Source: the human T2T-CHM13v2.0 reference genome, Homo sapiens
Strand: one strand, 5' to 3'
Assembly: GCF_009914755.1 (NCBI RefSeq)
Contig: NC_060946.1
Length of the DNA stretch: 64,000 nt
Shown piece after piece: positions 1-14,854 of the stretch. How positions within the stretch are numbered: position 1 is the first letter of the stretch; the number at the start of each line of letters is the position of its first letter. Position numbers and translations under genes: made by a program. The notes beneath the pieces were generated by a model, which saw only the letters and a list, made by a program, of their open reading frames with translations, was not told the origin of the DNA and made no database searches.

Positions 1-910
1 GAACTAAATAGGTTTCAACTTCTGTTCATACTGAGAGATTTATCAGCAACTTTATGCTCAGTTTTTATACAAAGATAGCAATTTAGCTATACTACCGATT
101 ATAAATTAATGAGCACCGAATTTTGAATGAAAATATAATACACTTAATCTTGTAACTTAATAGGACTTAGCCAATTATTTTTAGCTTATTTTTCCATTTT
201 ACTGACAAGAGAATGCCACATACTGAACATTTAATAGGCAAATTTTCTTTTCTTTTTTTTTTTTTTTTAAGACAGTTACACTCTTGTTGCCCAGGCTGTA
301 GTGCAATGGCACCATCTCGGCTCACTGCAACCACCACCTCCTAGGTTGAAGTGATTCTCCTGCCTCAGCCTCCCAAAGTAGCTGGGATTACAGGCGCCCG
401 CCACCACGCCCAGCTAATTTTTTTTGTATTTTTAGTTGAGACGGGGTTTCACCATTTTGGCCAGACTGGTCTTGAACTCCTGACCTCAGGTGATCCACTC
501 GCCTCGGCCTCCCAAAGTGCTGGGATTACAGGCGTGAGCCACCGCGCCCAGCCACAAAATAATTTCTTACACACTTGTTTCTCTTAACTTTTGAAAGGAA
601 TCCCTTATTTTTTTCCCCAGTTTGGTACATTAACAGCACATATTCAAGGTTCACTACAAAACAAAGCAGTTCCTGGTAATGATTTAAATGTAGTTATAGA
701 AATAATAATATGTATGGAGTCATTCCTGCTGAACTTGAAATAGCCTTCTGGTGACAGGCATTACATACATAACTATTCAATTATTTCCATTATTAATGTT
801 GCTGCTGCTACCTTTGGGCCTGAAACCAAGTCACCTGTTGTGTATCAATTAGCTTCTTTGATAAAAGGAAATAAATAATGTCATTCTATTATTTTATCAT
901 AAAGACAAAA
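1..910 (-). pseudogene. 5'-truncated retrocopy of an AT-rich 3'UTR, resembling the distal NRAS 3'UTR; interrupted by an Alu (~246-553)
   Basis: Minus strand ~672-840 reads ...CAGGTGACTTGGTTTCAGGCCCAAAGGTAGCAGCAGCAACATTAATAATGGAAATAATTGAATAG...CTACATTTAAATCATTACCAGG, which I recall as the end of the NRAS mRNA. Abrupt junction into L1 at ~910. Recall-based. Confidence 0.65.
246..553 (-). mobile_element. AluS
   Basis: Full antisense Alu dimer with poly-T at the left end. Confidence 0.95.
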
Positions 911-2248
911 AATTTACATTCCCACTCATGGTGCACAAGTTTTCCCTTTTCTTTACACTCGCTCCAACACTTGTATCTGACATCTTTCTGATAATAGCCA
1001 TTCTAACAGGTGTGAGGTGAGATCTCATTATGGTTTTAATTTGCATTTCCCTGATGATTAGTAATAATGAGCATTTTTTTCATATATCTGTTAGCCACTT
1101 GTATGTCTTCTTTTGAGAAATGTCTATTTGGTTTACTTGCCCATTTTTTGATTGGATTATTTATTTTCTTGTTATAGAGTTGTTTGAATTCCTTATATAT
1201 TTTGGATATTAGCCCCTTATCAGATGTATGGTTTGCAAATATTTTCTCCCAATCTCTGGGTTGCATCTTTATTCATTGCTTCTTTGCTCTGCAGAAGCTT
1301 TTTAGTTTGATGCAATTCCATTTGTTTATTTTTGCTTTTGCTGCCTGTGCTTTTGGAGACACTTGGACAATGTCCAAGAAATAATTGCCCAGACCAATGT
1401 CATGGAATTTTCCCCCTTTGTTTTCTTTTAGTAGTTTTATAGTTTCAGGTCTTATATTTAAGTCTTTAATCTATTTTGAGGTGTTTTTTTGTATGATGTG
1501 AGATAAGGGTCCAACTTCACTCCTCTGCCTACGGATATCCAATTTTCCCAACATCACTTATGAAGAGACTGTCTTGTCTCCATTGTGTGTTCTTGTCACC
1601 TTTGTCAAATTTCAATTGATTGTAAGTGTGTGGGTTTATTTCTGGGATCTCTTTGCTGTTCTATCGGTCATTGTGTATTTGTCAGTACCATGTTTTGATT
1701 ACTATAGCTTTGTAATAGATTTCAAGTGCCTCTAGCTTTCTTCTTTTGTCTCAAAATTGCTTTGACTATTCAGATTCTTTTGTGGTTCTATACAAATTTT
1801 AGGATTTTTTTATTTCCATGAAAAATAACATTGGAATGTTGATAGGGATTGCATTGAATCTGCAGATCATTTTGGTTAGTACGGACATATCATTCTTCCA
1901 ATCCGTGAACACGGGATACCTTTCCATTTATTTGTGTCACTTACAATTTCTTTCACCAATGTTTTATAGTTTCCAGTAAGAAGGTCTTTCACCTCCTTGG
2001 TTAAATTTACTCCTAAGCATTTCATTTTTTGGTGCTATTGTGAATGAAATTGATTTCTTAAGTTCCTTAGCAGTTAGTTTGTTGTTAGTATAAAAAAATG
2101 CTACTGATTTTTGCGTGTTGATTTCGTACCCTGCAACTTCACTGAATTTGTTTATCGGTTCTAACAGGTTTTTTTTTTTTGTAGAATCTTTAGGATTTTC
2201 TATATTTAAGATCATGTCATCAGCAAACAGAGACAATTTCACTTCTTT
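911..2248 (-). mobile_element. Old L1 ORF2 fragment (reverse transcriptase and C-terminal region), degenerate
   Basis: Translated remnants [21 protein letters not shown] (RT FADD motif) and [28 protein letters not shown]; frameshifted. Confidence 0.95.
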
Positions 2249-2249
2249 C

Positions 2250-2720
2250 AGGAGTGATCTTTAGGCTGAAACATAAAGGATGGGGAGAGAGAAGTGTATA
2301 AGCAAAGGCACTAAGGTAGGAAAAAGCAAGGCACATTTGAAGAACAGAGGGATGGCCAGCTCCATCAGGAAGTTAGAACAAGATTCTTGTAAGAGAATGT
2401 TTAGAAAAGCAGAGAGGGGTCAGATCATGAAGGGCCATGTTGAAATCAATTTTGATTTGAAGCCAATTGTGAAAGTAAGCCATTGGAGGGTTAGAGACAA
2501 GAGGGATATCTGGTCTACCTGGCCACTGTGTAGAAATAGACCTAGAGGATGTGTCTATGAAAGGAGCCAGACAGGTTAGAAGGCCGTTGTAGTCATTTTG
2601 GTCCACAGATGTGAAAGTGGGGAGCTGGATTATGTAATTTTCAAGGTCTTTTCCTCTTGAATCATTAGGACAGGACACAGGATATCGCTCCAATGCCAAA
2701 CTTAATCTGATGGCAAGACA
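2250..2720 (-). mobile_element. L2 fragment
   Basis: gggtcagatcatgaagggccatg...aagccattggaggg is typical reverse-strand L2. Confidence 0.6.
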
Positions 2721-2841
2721 AGGTGCGGATGAGAGGGATTCTGGTGAAAGCCTAGGAAAAGACAGGAAGGCAGGGAAGACGGGCTGGGATAGAACCCAGT
2801 AGGCCCCGTGGGTACCCAGCCCCATGCTGCCCTAGCACTAA

Positions 2842-2855
2842 CCACTAGAGGGCAG
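2842..2855 (+). promoter_or_regulatory. CTCF core motif
   Basis: CCACTAGAGGGCAG fits CCASYAGRKGGCRS at every position. Confidence 0.6.
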
Positions 2856-3774
2856 GAGTGACCAGACCAGACAGAAAAAGAGACTTTATAAGGCAAGTTT
2901 GCAAGCTTACTTCTTGGAGGCTGTGGCATGAAGAAAAACTTCACTGGGAAAGGTTAAATAAAGGATGAAAGACTTTCCATACTTGATGGTGAAGCCAGAA
3001 CCAGAAGTAAGGTGAAAATCATAAGGATACGTTTTGCATCAAAGCAGGAGGAATGAGAGCTGCCCCACAGCGGCAACAGCTACTTTGAGAAGAGATGAGC
3101 CACTGATCAGCCTGGACAGGAGAGTGGACATGTCTGCTTGGGTGACTCATTGACACCCCAAACTTCTTTCCTTGCTCACCCTCAGATGAGTTTATGCACC
3201 TGGGTTCCCCACTTCCGGAACCCTGTGACCCATCCACTCACTGAGACCTGAACCTAAGTCTCACACTTTGCTCCTCCTTAACCCTGGTGAGTTTCAGCCA
3301 CTCAATCTCCAAGTCCTGTCAACTCTGTCTCCACTAACATCTTCAGCATCATCCCCTCCTCTCCATCATTCCTACCATAGACTTGGTTCACGTGCTGCTA
3401 AAGCTCTCTCCCCTTGCCTATTACAACAGGCTCCTAATCAGCTCCCTCCCTCTAAGCTCAGTCATTCAGTCAACTTTCCACAGAGCAGAGAGAGCTTTCC
3501 AAACTACAACCCTAACCAGAGGAAGCCCCCTCGTGACTTTCCACATATCCCTAGGATAAAGGACACACTGTAACCCAGAAATACCTTAATCATTGCCATC
3601 TTCTTCAAGGTTTTCCTTGCTACTTTGGCCATGCAGGATGAAACTCTTCTAATGAGTCATGCTCTTCCAAAAGTCCATATCCTTTGTATATACTTTTCCC
3701 TCTGCCCGGAATACTGCATCTTATTCCCCTTTTCCTTCACTGCCTGGATACCTAGAGAGGCCATGAAACCTGTA

Positions 3775-4022
3775 ACTGGGAGCACAGGTTTCAAAGGCAG
3801 ACAGACTCTGGTTCCAATCCCAGCTCTGCCACTTACTCATGTAATATCTATGAGAGTTGGGGTGGCTTATTCAACCTCCGTGCCTCAGTTTCCTCATCTG
3901 TAAAACAGGAATAAAAAATAACGGCTACTTTACAAATTGATATGAACACTGAATGAGATAACTGATGTGACACAGTGCAAGGCCTGACATGTCAGGCACT
4001 ACATGTACTAGCTCCTGCTGTT
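3775..4022 (+). mobile_element. MIR
   Basis: Core cctccgtgcctcagtttcctcatctgtaaaa. Confidence 0.85.
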
Positions 4023-4049
4023 ATTTATTTATTACAGTTGATTTTCTTG

Positions 4050-4300
4050 TTGTTGTTTGTTTTTGGTTTTGCTTTTGTTTTTGAGACTGGGTCTAGGCTG
4101 GAGTGCAGTGGCGCGATCTTGGCTCACTGCATCCTCCCGCCTCAGCCCCACAAGTAGCTGGGACTACAGGCACGTGCCACCACCCCCAGCTAATGTTTGT
4201 ATTTTTTGTAGAGGAGGGGTTTCACCATGTTTCTCAGGCTGGTCTTCAACTCCTGAGTTCAAGTGCTTGGATTGTAGGCATGAGCCACCACGCCCAGCCC
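4050..4300 (-). mobile_element. AluJ-like, diverged and partly deleted
   Basis: Antisense Alu with a degenerate T-rich tail. Confidence 0.88.
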
Positions 4301-5199
4301 CATTGCTTATTCTTAGCAATCCACATGAAGCTACTGGGAAGATCAAATGAAAGAATGCACAGACGTGCTTTTGAAATAATGAATGATTATACAAATAATA
4401 GTAATGAAACATCGTTTTTAGTAGTGGTATCTTTACAATATCATCAGGATGCAGAATTGTTATTCCTGACTTCAACCATCCCTGAGAGTCATTAATGCTT
4501 AGAGACTCTGAACACAGAGGCCCCACAGTCACATAGAGGCCCCAAAGCATTTAACCAAACACCTTCAGATTTAATTCCTCCAGAGGAGAAGTATTCAGTT
4601 GAATAGTTAACCATGGAAACGTGTTTGTTCACATAGACCCAATCCTAGGAAAATGGAGAAAGTGGTGAGGTTTATTTCTGGATCCTGTACCTCTTTCAAA
4701 ACCCATCTTCCTCACTTCTTCTTCTTCTCAATACCTCACCCCTAAGATCAGATCTCTTGGCAGGACCTTGTCATTGGAGCCTCTAATTCAGAGAAGCCTC
4801 AGGACATAGGAGATGGGGTATTTAAGAATAAGAGAGGGTGTCTGAAGAGGAGGACAGGCCAGATGCCCAGCCCAGAGTACCAGCACCTCAATACAATCAC
4901 GCTATTAAAATGATTCTTCCAATGGTATAAGGTATAAGGCCTGAAAGCAATCTTTTTGCTCAGTCTTTAAGATTCACTGAGGTGACTCTATTGATGATAC
5001 TTTGGGCACCATGACAAGCAAAAGGGGAGAAATTTCTTTTGCAAGATTGGGTCATACAAAAGGCCAACCTATACCACTTTGAAAACAAATCCTATATAAA
5101 AGGGACTCTTCAAGTGCAAGCCCCCTCCCAAACCCAGGCTAAGGACTACAATGGCCTCAGCACTCTGGTGCTGGACACAGGTAGACAGAGGCAGTAAGC

Positions 5200-5710
5200 T
5201 TGAAGGTTAAGTTCATGGATCCTGGGACCAGGTTGCTTGGGTTCCAATCCCAATTTTGCTATCTACCACCTACAAAGCCTCGAGAAAATTACTTAGCCTC
5301 TCTGTGCCTCAGTTTTCTTATCTGCAAAATGGGTATAATAGTACCTACCTCATAGAGTTCCTGCAACTTAACATATGCCAAGTATCTAAAACAGTGCTTG
5401 GCACATGGTAAACAATCTGTGTCAGCTGCTATTATTATTCCGATTTTTTTTTAGACAATGTGTTTCCCATTGCCAGAAAGTCTGACAGTGTGGTTAGTTT
5501 GGAAGGCAACACGGCAGGTGCAGTATTTACATGAGAATGAGCTTTGGCATGGATCTGACTTTGAGCCCCACCTCTGCCTCTTGCAGCTCAGTGACATCTA
5601 AGTCACGGGTTCTTCATCTGCAAAGTGGGGATACCAATACCCTGCCCTTCCTACTTCACAGGTCTTTGAGCAGACCAAAATCAAGTGCACTAAAGTGCTT
5701 TTCCAAATGT
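5200..5710 (+). mobile_element. Two MIR elements (~5200-5440, ~5520-5710)
   Basis: Cores ctctgtgcctcagttttcttatctgcaaaatggg and ttcttcatctgcaaagtgggg. Confidence 0.75.
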
Positions 5711-5959
5711 TTATTTTTTAAGTTAACATAGAATAAAATAGACTTTGGGGGTGTATAGTTCTATGAGTTTTAGCACATTCAGGGAACCACCACTACCAAG
5801 ATATGGAAGAGTTCCATCACCCCCCAAACAATTGCTTTTTAATCTTGATGACGTAGTGTTTCACAGCCTAACACCTGGCTCTCCTACAATGGTACATTAG
5901 ATAAGAAATATTCAAGGCCTGGCACATTTCTTAGATAACAAAGAAAGAAGATGAATTCC

Positions 5960-6355
5960 AGTGATTGAACTTCCTGTGCATTAGTTGCCTTTGCACTGTC
6001 TGTTCCTTCATCTGGAACTCTCTGTCTACAGACACATGCGTGGCCCACCCACCTCTCCCTCAGGTCCTGCTGAAATGTCACATTCTCAGTGAAGCCTCCC
6101 CTCTGACTGCCACTGTCTGGTACTTTGGATCCTACTTGTTCTTTTTTTCCATAGCATGCACCATCTTCTATAAACTATATACTGTAACTTATTTTTTTTT
6201 TTTTTTTTTGCTTATTCTTCATTTTCTGTTCCCTTTCATAGAATGTAAGCTCCCCAGGGAGAGAGACCATCGTCTGACTTGTCCACTGATGTACTCTAAG
6301 CACCTAGAAACAGTGCCTAGCACATAGTAGAGGTTCAATATATATTTGTTAAGTA
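5960..6355 (+). mobile_element. L2 3' end
   Basis: ...acagtgcctagcacatagtagaggttcaatatatatttgtt terminus. Confidence 0.8.
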
Positions 6356-7460
6356 AACCTGTTTAAAACAACAAGGATGAAGTTAAACTATCTTCACTTG
6401 TTGTTTGGGAAGATTAAATCTGTGATTATACAAAAGAAAGCAGCTGTCACAGTGCCTGACACATAAACCTAAGTTGAACGAAAATTGGAATAATGCAAAG
6501 GACTGACTGATTCTCCCTGTCCCCCATGTAAACACAACACGGCTTATAAATTCTCCACTCGATGAGGGCTAAAACAATTTTTTTCCTTCCCTATTAGGAA
6601 TCAGTATTTAGGTAATTAATCCTGAAATGCTAAAATCCCCTCTGCACAAGCAGAAAATTTTAAAATTCATGGAGACAACATAACCTGGGCTTTAGCAATG
6701 TATTAATGAGCATAGGCAGTGAAGTCTAGGGACAGGCTGAGAACTCCGTAGACTGTGTCACTCCAGCTGCAAAGCTAAAAGATGCTTAACTTCCTGAAGA
6801 GCAGGTCCAACATGCACCTGCTGAGGAAGCAGCTCCATCCTGCTCCTTTCTCACACACAGACCTGCTGGCCCTTTTGACCCCAAAGCTCTTTTCCAGCCA
6901 CATCAACAGGAAAACATGCACTGTCTTTGATGAGTTCAAATCCACCCACACAGGCCTTGATCTCCTGTGGGTAGCATCATTGTTCTCGTGAGTGGGACAC
7001 CGTGGGTCCCCAGACAAGAAGAATTTGGGCTTTGGAAACAGGATTTGTAGGTGAGTGAGCACAAACAACTCCCTCCTCTGGTTGGAGAACACCCCAGGGT
7101 GTCAGGAAATTTTGTGGGAGAGGGTCTCCTCGAAGTCAAGAGAGGAGACGAGATTCTTCCATTTATTTGCAACCACTCCCACAAACTGAAATATATTCAA
7201 ATACAGAAATGCCAAAACAAGGTCCCAAAAAATTTTCATGTAAATGAACACTTACCTTTAGCAAATTAAAGCATTTAACTTCCTAAGATTATAAGGTAAC
7301 AATAACTGAATTTTCCAAAAAATATTCACAGGATTTATTTACGAACAGAATTTATAGAGCCCTACAGGCAGCACTAGCCAGGACTGGGGCCCAAGCTTTG
7401 AATTATCTAATAATCATGCTGGATTGCCTCTAGCTTATCAGGACCCTCATCTGAAGGTCA

Positions 7461-8147
<687 letters not shown>

Positions 8148-8699
8148 GAATCCAAATGGAAGCCCTTGATAAGGTGAGGTCTGGAGCTCAAGTGTCACCT
8201 GGGCCCCTCTGTGATTGTTGCTCCAGATGAACCCTTCAAAATAAATTTCAATGATTTTTAGCAATACTCATCTACTCTAAAATCAATCATATATGTATTC
8301 TAGTCTATCTCACAATATTATTTCTGGACTTTTTGGTTCCAAACTGAAGCTGGAGAGGTGTCCACCTTGGTGATCATCTAGAACGCTGGCCTCTCTGGGC
8401 TAGATCCTCTCCTGAGTGTGGACACTCAGGATACCATACGTTCCCTGAGCAAGGAAGGCACTCTCTCAATGACAGCTCTTTCCACGGGCAGCAATGTCTG
8501 CCGGGCACAGCCTCCTTCTCTTTTGTGGCATGACTAGGTCTTGTTGTTTCTCAGAACTCAACTCTGTATCAATCATTCAGAATGGCTTTCCTGACCACCC
8601 ACCAGCACCCTCCAGACTGGGTATGGTGGAGTGCAATTCCAGTGTTCTTAGAGGCCACTCTTGAGCTTCTTTCCATCACAGACCTATGGCTTTTTTAAT

Positions 8700-8872
8700 G
8701 TAAGCATCAAACTCTAATATGCGCCCATATCATCTGGGGAACTTTCTCACCAATACAAATTCCCAGGCTTCCTCTCCAGAGGCTCTGATTCCACAAGCTG
8801 GAAAAGTAGTAGCCTGGAATCTGCATGTGATCAAGCTCTCTAAATGACCCAAATGATTCACTGCAGCTGGTC
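8700..8872. mobile_element. MER5-type hAT-Charlie DNA transposon remnant
   Basis: aatacaaattcccagg...ctctgattcc...gcctggaatctgcat pattern. Confidence 0.6.
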
Positions 8873-9031
8873 TTGATCTCCAAAATGGGACACTTGTCCC
8901 CTAGGGATTTCCAAGATGGTACATTGGAGTACAGGGAAAAATGGTTAGCACTTTCATTCCAATCTTTGATCTCACCCTTAAATTTCTTTTTGGCATGTAC
9001 ATTTTATGGACACAATATATTAGTAAAGTAT

Positions 9032-10082
<1,051 letters not shown>

Positions 10083-10149
10083 TTTCTCAGTATTCATGAT
10101 TTATAAATAAATATGCTTATGTTGGGGAGGGCAATTTACAGTTTGAATT

Positions 10150-10620
10150 ATTAGCCACAATTCTTCATCAGCCCCCAAGGTCTACAGTTTGCCAAGTGAG
10201 TTTTCAGTTCTCCCAGTAGAAGCTGAGTGACTCTCCTGCCCACTGACTTTGGGTAGTCATGTGACTGCACCAGGCCCCATCATGTGACCAGTTTTGATTA
10301 ATCAGGGGAGCCTTGATAGTGACCAGTTTTGAACCATGAGCCAAAGAGACGTCCCATGTTTCTACTTGCCCTCTTGCACCTCTGTCACTGCCATGAGAAA
10401 AGCATGTCCTGGCTGTCCCACGAATCCAAGGAGCAAGTGAGAGGAGACCTGGACTCAAGCTGCACCTTAGAGCCAACTAGATGGCTGCATCTTAGAGCCC
10501 AGCCAAGAAGAGTCAACTCCTAGCCAACCTGAAGGCACATGAGCAAAACAAATCCCTTTCATTCATGCCATTGGGGGTCTGTGTTGTTTATTACAGTAAC
10601 TCTTGATAGTGAACATTGGT
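10150..10620 (+). mobile_element. MLT1-type (MaLR) LTR, old
   Basis: cactgactttgggtagtcatgtgactgc...tgccatgagaaaagcatgtcc pattern. Confidence 0.6.
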
Positions 10621-11701
10621 TCAGATCTCAGGCTTGCTGACGGTGTATCTGTATTTCAGCTTTGAACCCATAGCCCCTTGTAGGCCCTTAGTTAATAACA
10701 GAATAAATGGAGGTTTTCTCCATTTTCTGGGAAAATTCTGATTGATACTCTCTGTGGCCCTGTCTGAAAGGGTTGATGATCAACTCACTTTTCCAAAACC
10801 AGCCACCAGGACTAAGGCTCCTGGAGTGCTCCAGATCACCTTTTTTGCCAGTCAGACTCAGAGCTTGATGTCCAATGGTACCCTGGGCTGTTGCATTATC
10901 TTCAGGTCAAAATACTACACCCTATTACCCGAAAAATACAGTATCTGACTGAACCAAGGGCTGACCTTAGCCTGGGTTCCTCATTTTCCTTTGACCAGTT
11001 GGGCTCTCTATGAAGCCAGTTCCCAGTAATCCGGTGAGTCCCAGTGTCTAGGCTCTGCCTTGAATCTCACTCCTTGACTGGTCCTGTTGCCCCTGGGAGG
11101 ACCAACTCCCCAACTCCTAGTTCCCAGAGCTATGGCTGCCATGCCCATCGACCTGGTTGGGAACCCACACCCTAGCCATTTCCAGAATCAGAGCTGAAAA
11201 TGCTCCCTCAATCCCTGACAAAGAAAACCCAGAAAGCATTGGTATCCTGATGTTGTTGAGAAAACGTGGCGACTGTATACTGCACAAACTCCATCTTTTC
11301 TGTTTTTATCCCATTAGAAAAGGGCACTTCACCAGAGGCTCGTTCTTGGGAACTCCGTCTTTCTTCCCTTCTTTATTTTCTTTCCTTCTTCCCTCCTGCC
11401 TCCCTTCTTTATTTTCCTCCTTCTTGGTTCTGTATCTTCCATTTCTCCATTAAATCAGAGCTGCTTTTTCAGGAACTAAATTTGAATCTGAAACAGACTT
11501 GAGAGTTGATGTGATTTCTTACTCAATATAGAACTTCCCTCTATAGTGTTTCCAATGTCAAATTCATTGCTGTCATTTACTGAGGACCTATAAAGTGCAA
11601 AACACTCTGATATATATCTATCTACATATATATATATGACGTATATATTCTAATTCAGGTATTAACTAGAATCTGTCATGTAGGTATTATCATTTCCTTT
11701 A

Positions 11702-12130
<429 letters not shown>

Positions 12131-13050
12131 TCACAGGGGTTAAGTTCCTCATCCAAGATCAAATAGTAGGTCAGTGGCAAAAGCAGAGCTCACTTCACAC
12201 ATTGTTGTGCCGAAAATTCTCAACTAGAATCTTCAGAGGATCCAGTTCAACAACTTCATTTCATCAGTGAAGAGACAAAGAGCTGAGCAAAGAGAGGTGA
12301 GTTTTATTGAACGTTGGTTCATTTCATCCTCATAACAACCTTATGAGTTGTACAAATACAAACGCTTATCAACACTCTTTGCATCTAACAGACGTGAAGG
12401 CTGAGGCACAGGGAGATGAAGTGCCTTCCCCAAGGCTGTGTGTCTAGTTCAGTGGTGGAGCTGGGATTCAAACCCAGGCAGTCTAGGTCCTGGGTCCAGT
12501 TTTAATTACAGAATGTTGCCTTCCCGGGACACATACCAGATCAGAAGCAGACAAGGACAGAGCAGAGAGGAATCCCAGCCCGTGGTTTCCACAGCCTGCC
12601 CTTTCCCCTCCAGCACACTGGCTCCAGTCTCATCATCAGTGAGGAGCACAAGTGGAAATCCAATTCCACATAAGTGGAGGGAGCAGAGAGTGGGACAGCC
12701 TCAGGATTTCCCTGGATTTATCACAGCTCCTTCCTCCTCAGCGCCTAGCCCCGAAGCCATCTGTGGGGAATGCTAATGCGCACCAGCTTCAGAGAAGGCC
12801 GTGCTGCTGGCCTTTCATGTGACTTAGGGGAAGGCTGAGGATGCAGCTGCCCGCACAGCCAGCAAAGCATTTGAATTGCTGCTGCCCTGCAAAAGGCAGA
12901 TCATCTTTCCAGGGCAACCACGGCCCAGATTTATAGCCTGTAATTTCCAGTCTCCAGGCTGGATGATCCATGACGCTTGCTGGGCAGAGGAAGGGATTAA
13001 GCAGCAAGGAGGGGCTGGCACAGCCCACTAGGAAGTATAATAAGAACCAT

Positions 13051-13152
13051 GATGGTGGTGGTGGTGGTGGTGGTGGTGGTGGTGGTGGTGGTGGTGGTGG
13101 TGGTGATGGTGGTGGTGGTGGTGGTGATGGTGGTGGTGGTGGTGGTGGTGGG
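13051..13152 (+). repeat. Interrupted trinucleotide repeat GAT(GGT)17GAT(GGT)6GAT(GGT)7GGG
   Basis: Read directly from the sequence. Confidence 0.98.
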
Positions 13153-13195
13153 GTTGCTACCATTAACTGAGCCTCTTTTAAGAATCAGGCACTGT

Positions 13196-13487
<292 letters not shown>

Positions 13488-13609
13488 GAATCAGGCACTG
13501 CTCAGACAGTCCCTAGATGATCCCCAACTCTCACGACAACCCTGGCCAGGAAGTCAGGAAGTGCTATCACCTCATTTTACTGATGAGGACACTGAGGTCC
13601 AAAGATGAC

Positions 13610-13919
<310 letters not shown>

Positions 13920-14854
13920 TAAAAATGATAAATAACTTACTTATGGTCACTCAACTTGTATACAATAATTACAGCTCTGTCAGGCACTGCTCTGACCCTG
14001 AACTCATGCCATCCTCCCTCCAGCCTTAGGAGGTAGGTGTGCTGGTATTACTCTCCCTTACAGATGTGGACATTGAAGCCCAAAATGACACAACTAGTAA
14101 GTGTCAGAGCTGTCATTCAAACCCAGGCTCTCTGGCTCTGGTGGTCACAGTCCTAACCACTAAGCAGCACTTTCCCTCCATGGTATTAGGATTACAACCC
14201 AGCTCTGACTGAGTCCAGGCCCTACGGATTTTCCATTACATCATCGAGCCTTGGGTCCCCAGGGGCCTGGAATCTGTCTTCTTGGGCTTCAAACTTAGCT
14301 CGGTTATACAGAGGCACTTATAGCTCCATTCCCCACGCCCTGACCCTCACACAGCAGGTTCACGTCTCTGTTCCCTCTCTTGGCATGCCCTTCCCTACGT
14401 TTTCCTACTTTCTTCAGTTGGCTGTTTTTGACTCATCCTCACTCAGCTCATCACCTCCTCTAGGAAGGCTTCCCTGACGTGAGGTGGTCTGTGTTCCTGA
14501 AGTTCCCTGTGCAAACCCATCACTGTGGGTTTGGGGGAAAGGTACCAAGTCTGGCTTTGGACTCTGAGTTGGAGGCAGTTGGAGGCAGCAGCAGGCAGGG
14601 CCAGGCACCCCGTCAATGAGAGATGCCTGCGCTGCCAAGATCTGGGAACCAGACCTGACTCCACAAGCCGCTCCTTTCTGCTGGAGAAGAAAACACACGG
14701 TGCCAAATAAGTGCCCTCCTTCCTAGAGACAAAGGGGACCTTCTGGATGCCTTGCTTAGGGCTGTGATATGCATGAAGTACAAAGGAAGGCACCGAAATG
14801 AGGGGAAAACACCAGTCATCTGAAACACCTGGAGGAAGCTATTGACAGGGGAGG

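Noticed and set aside
1036-2242. Reverse-transcriptase-like ORFs
   Set aside because: Broken remnants of an old L1 ORF2, not an active element or a novel RT system.
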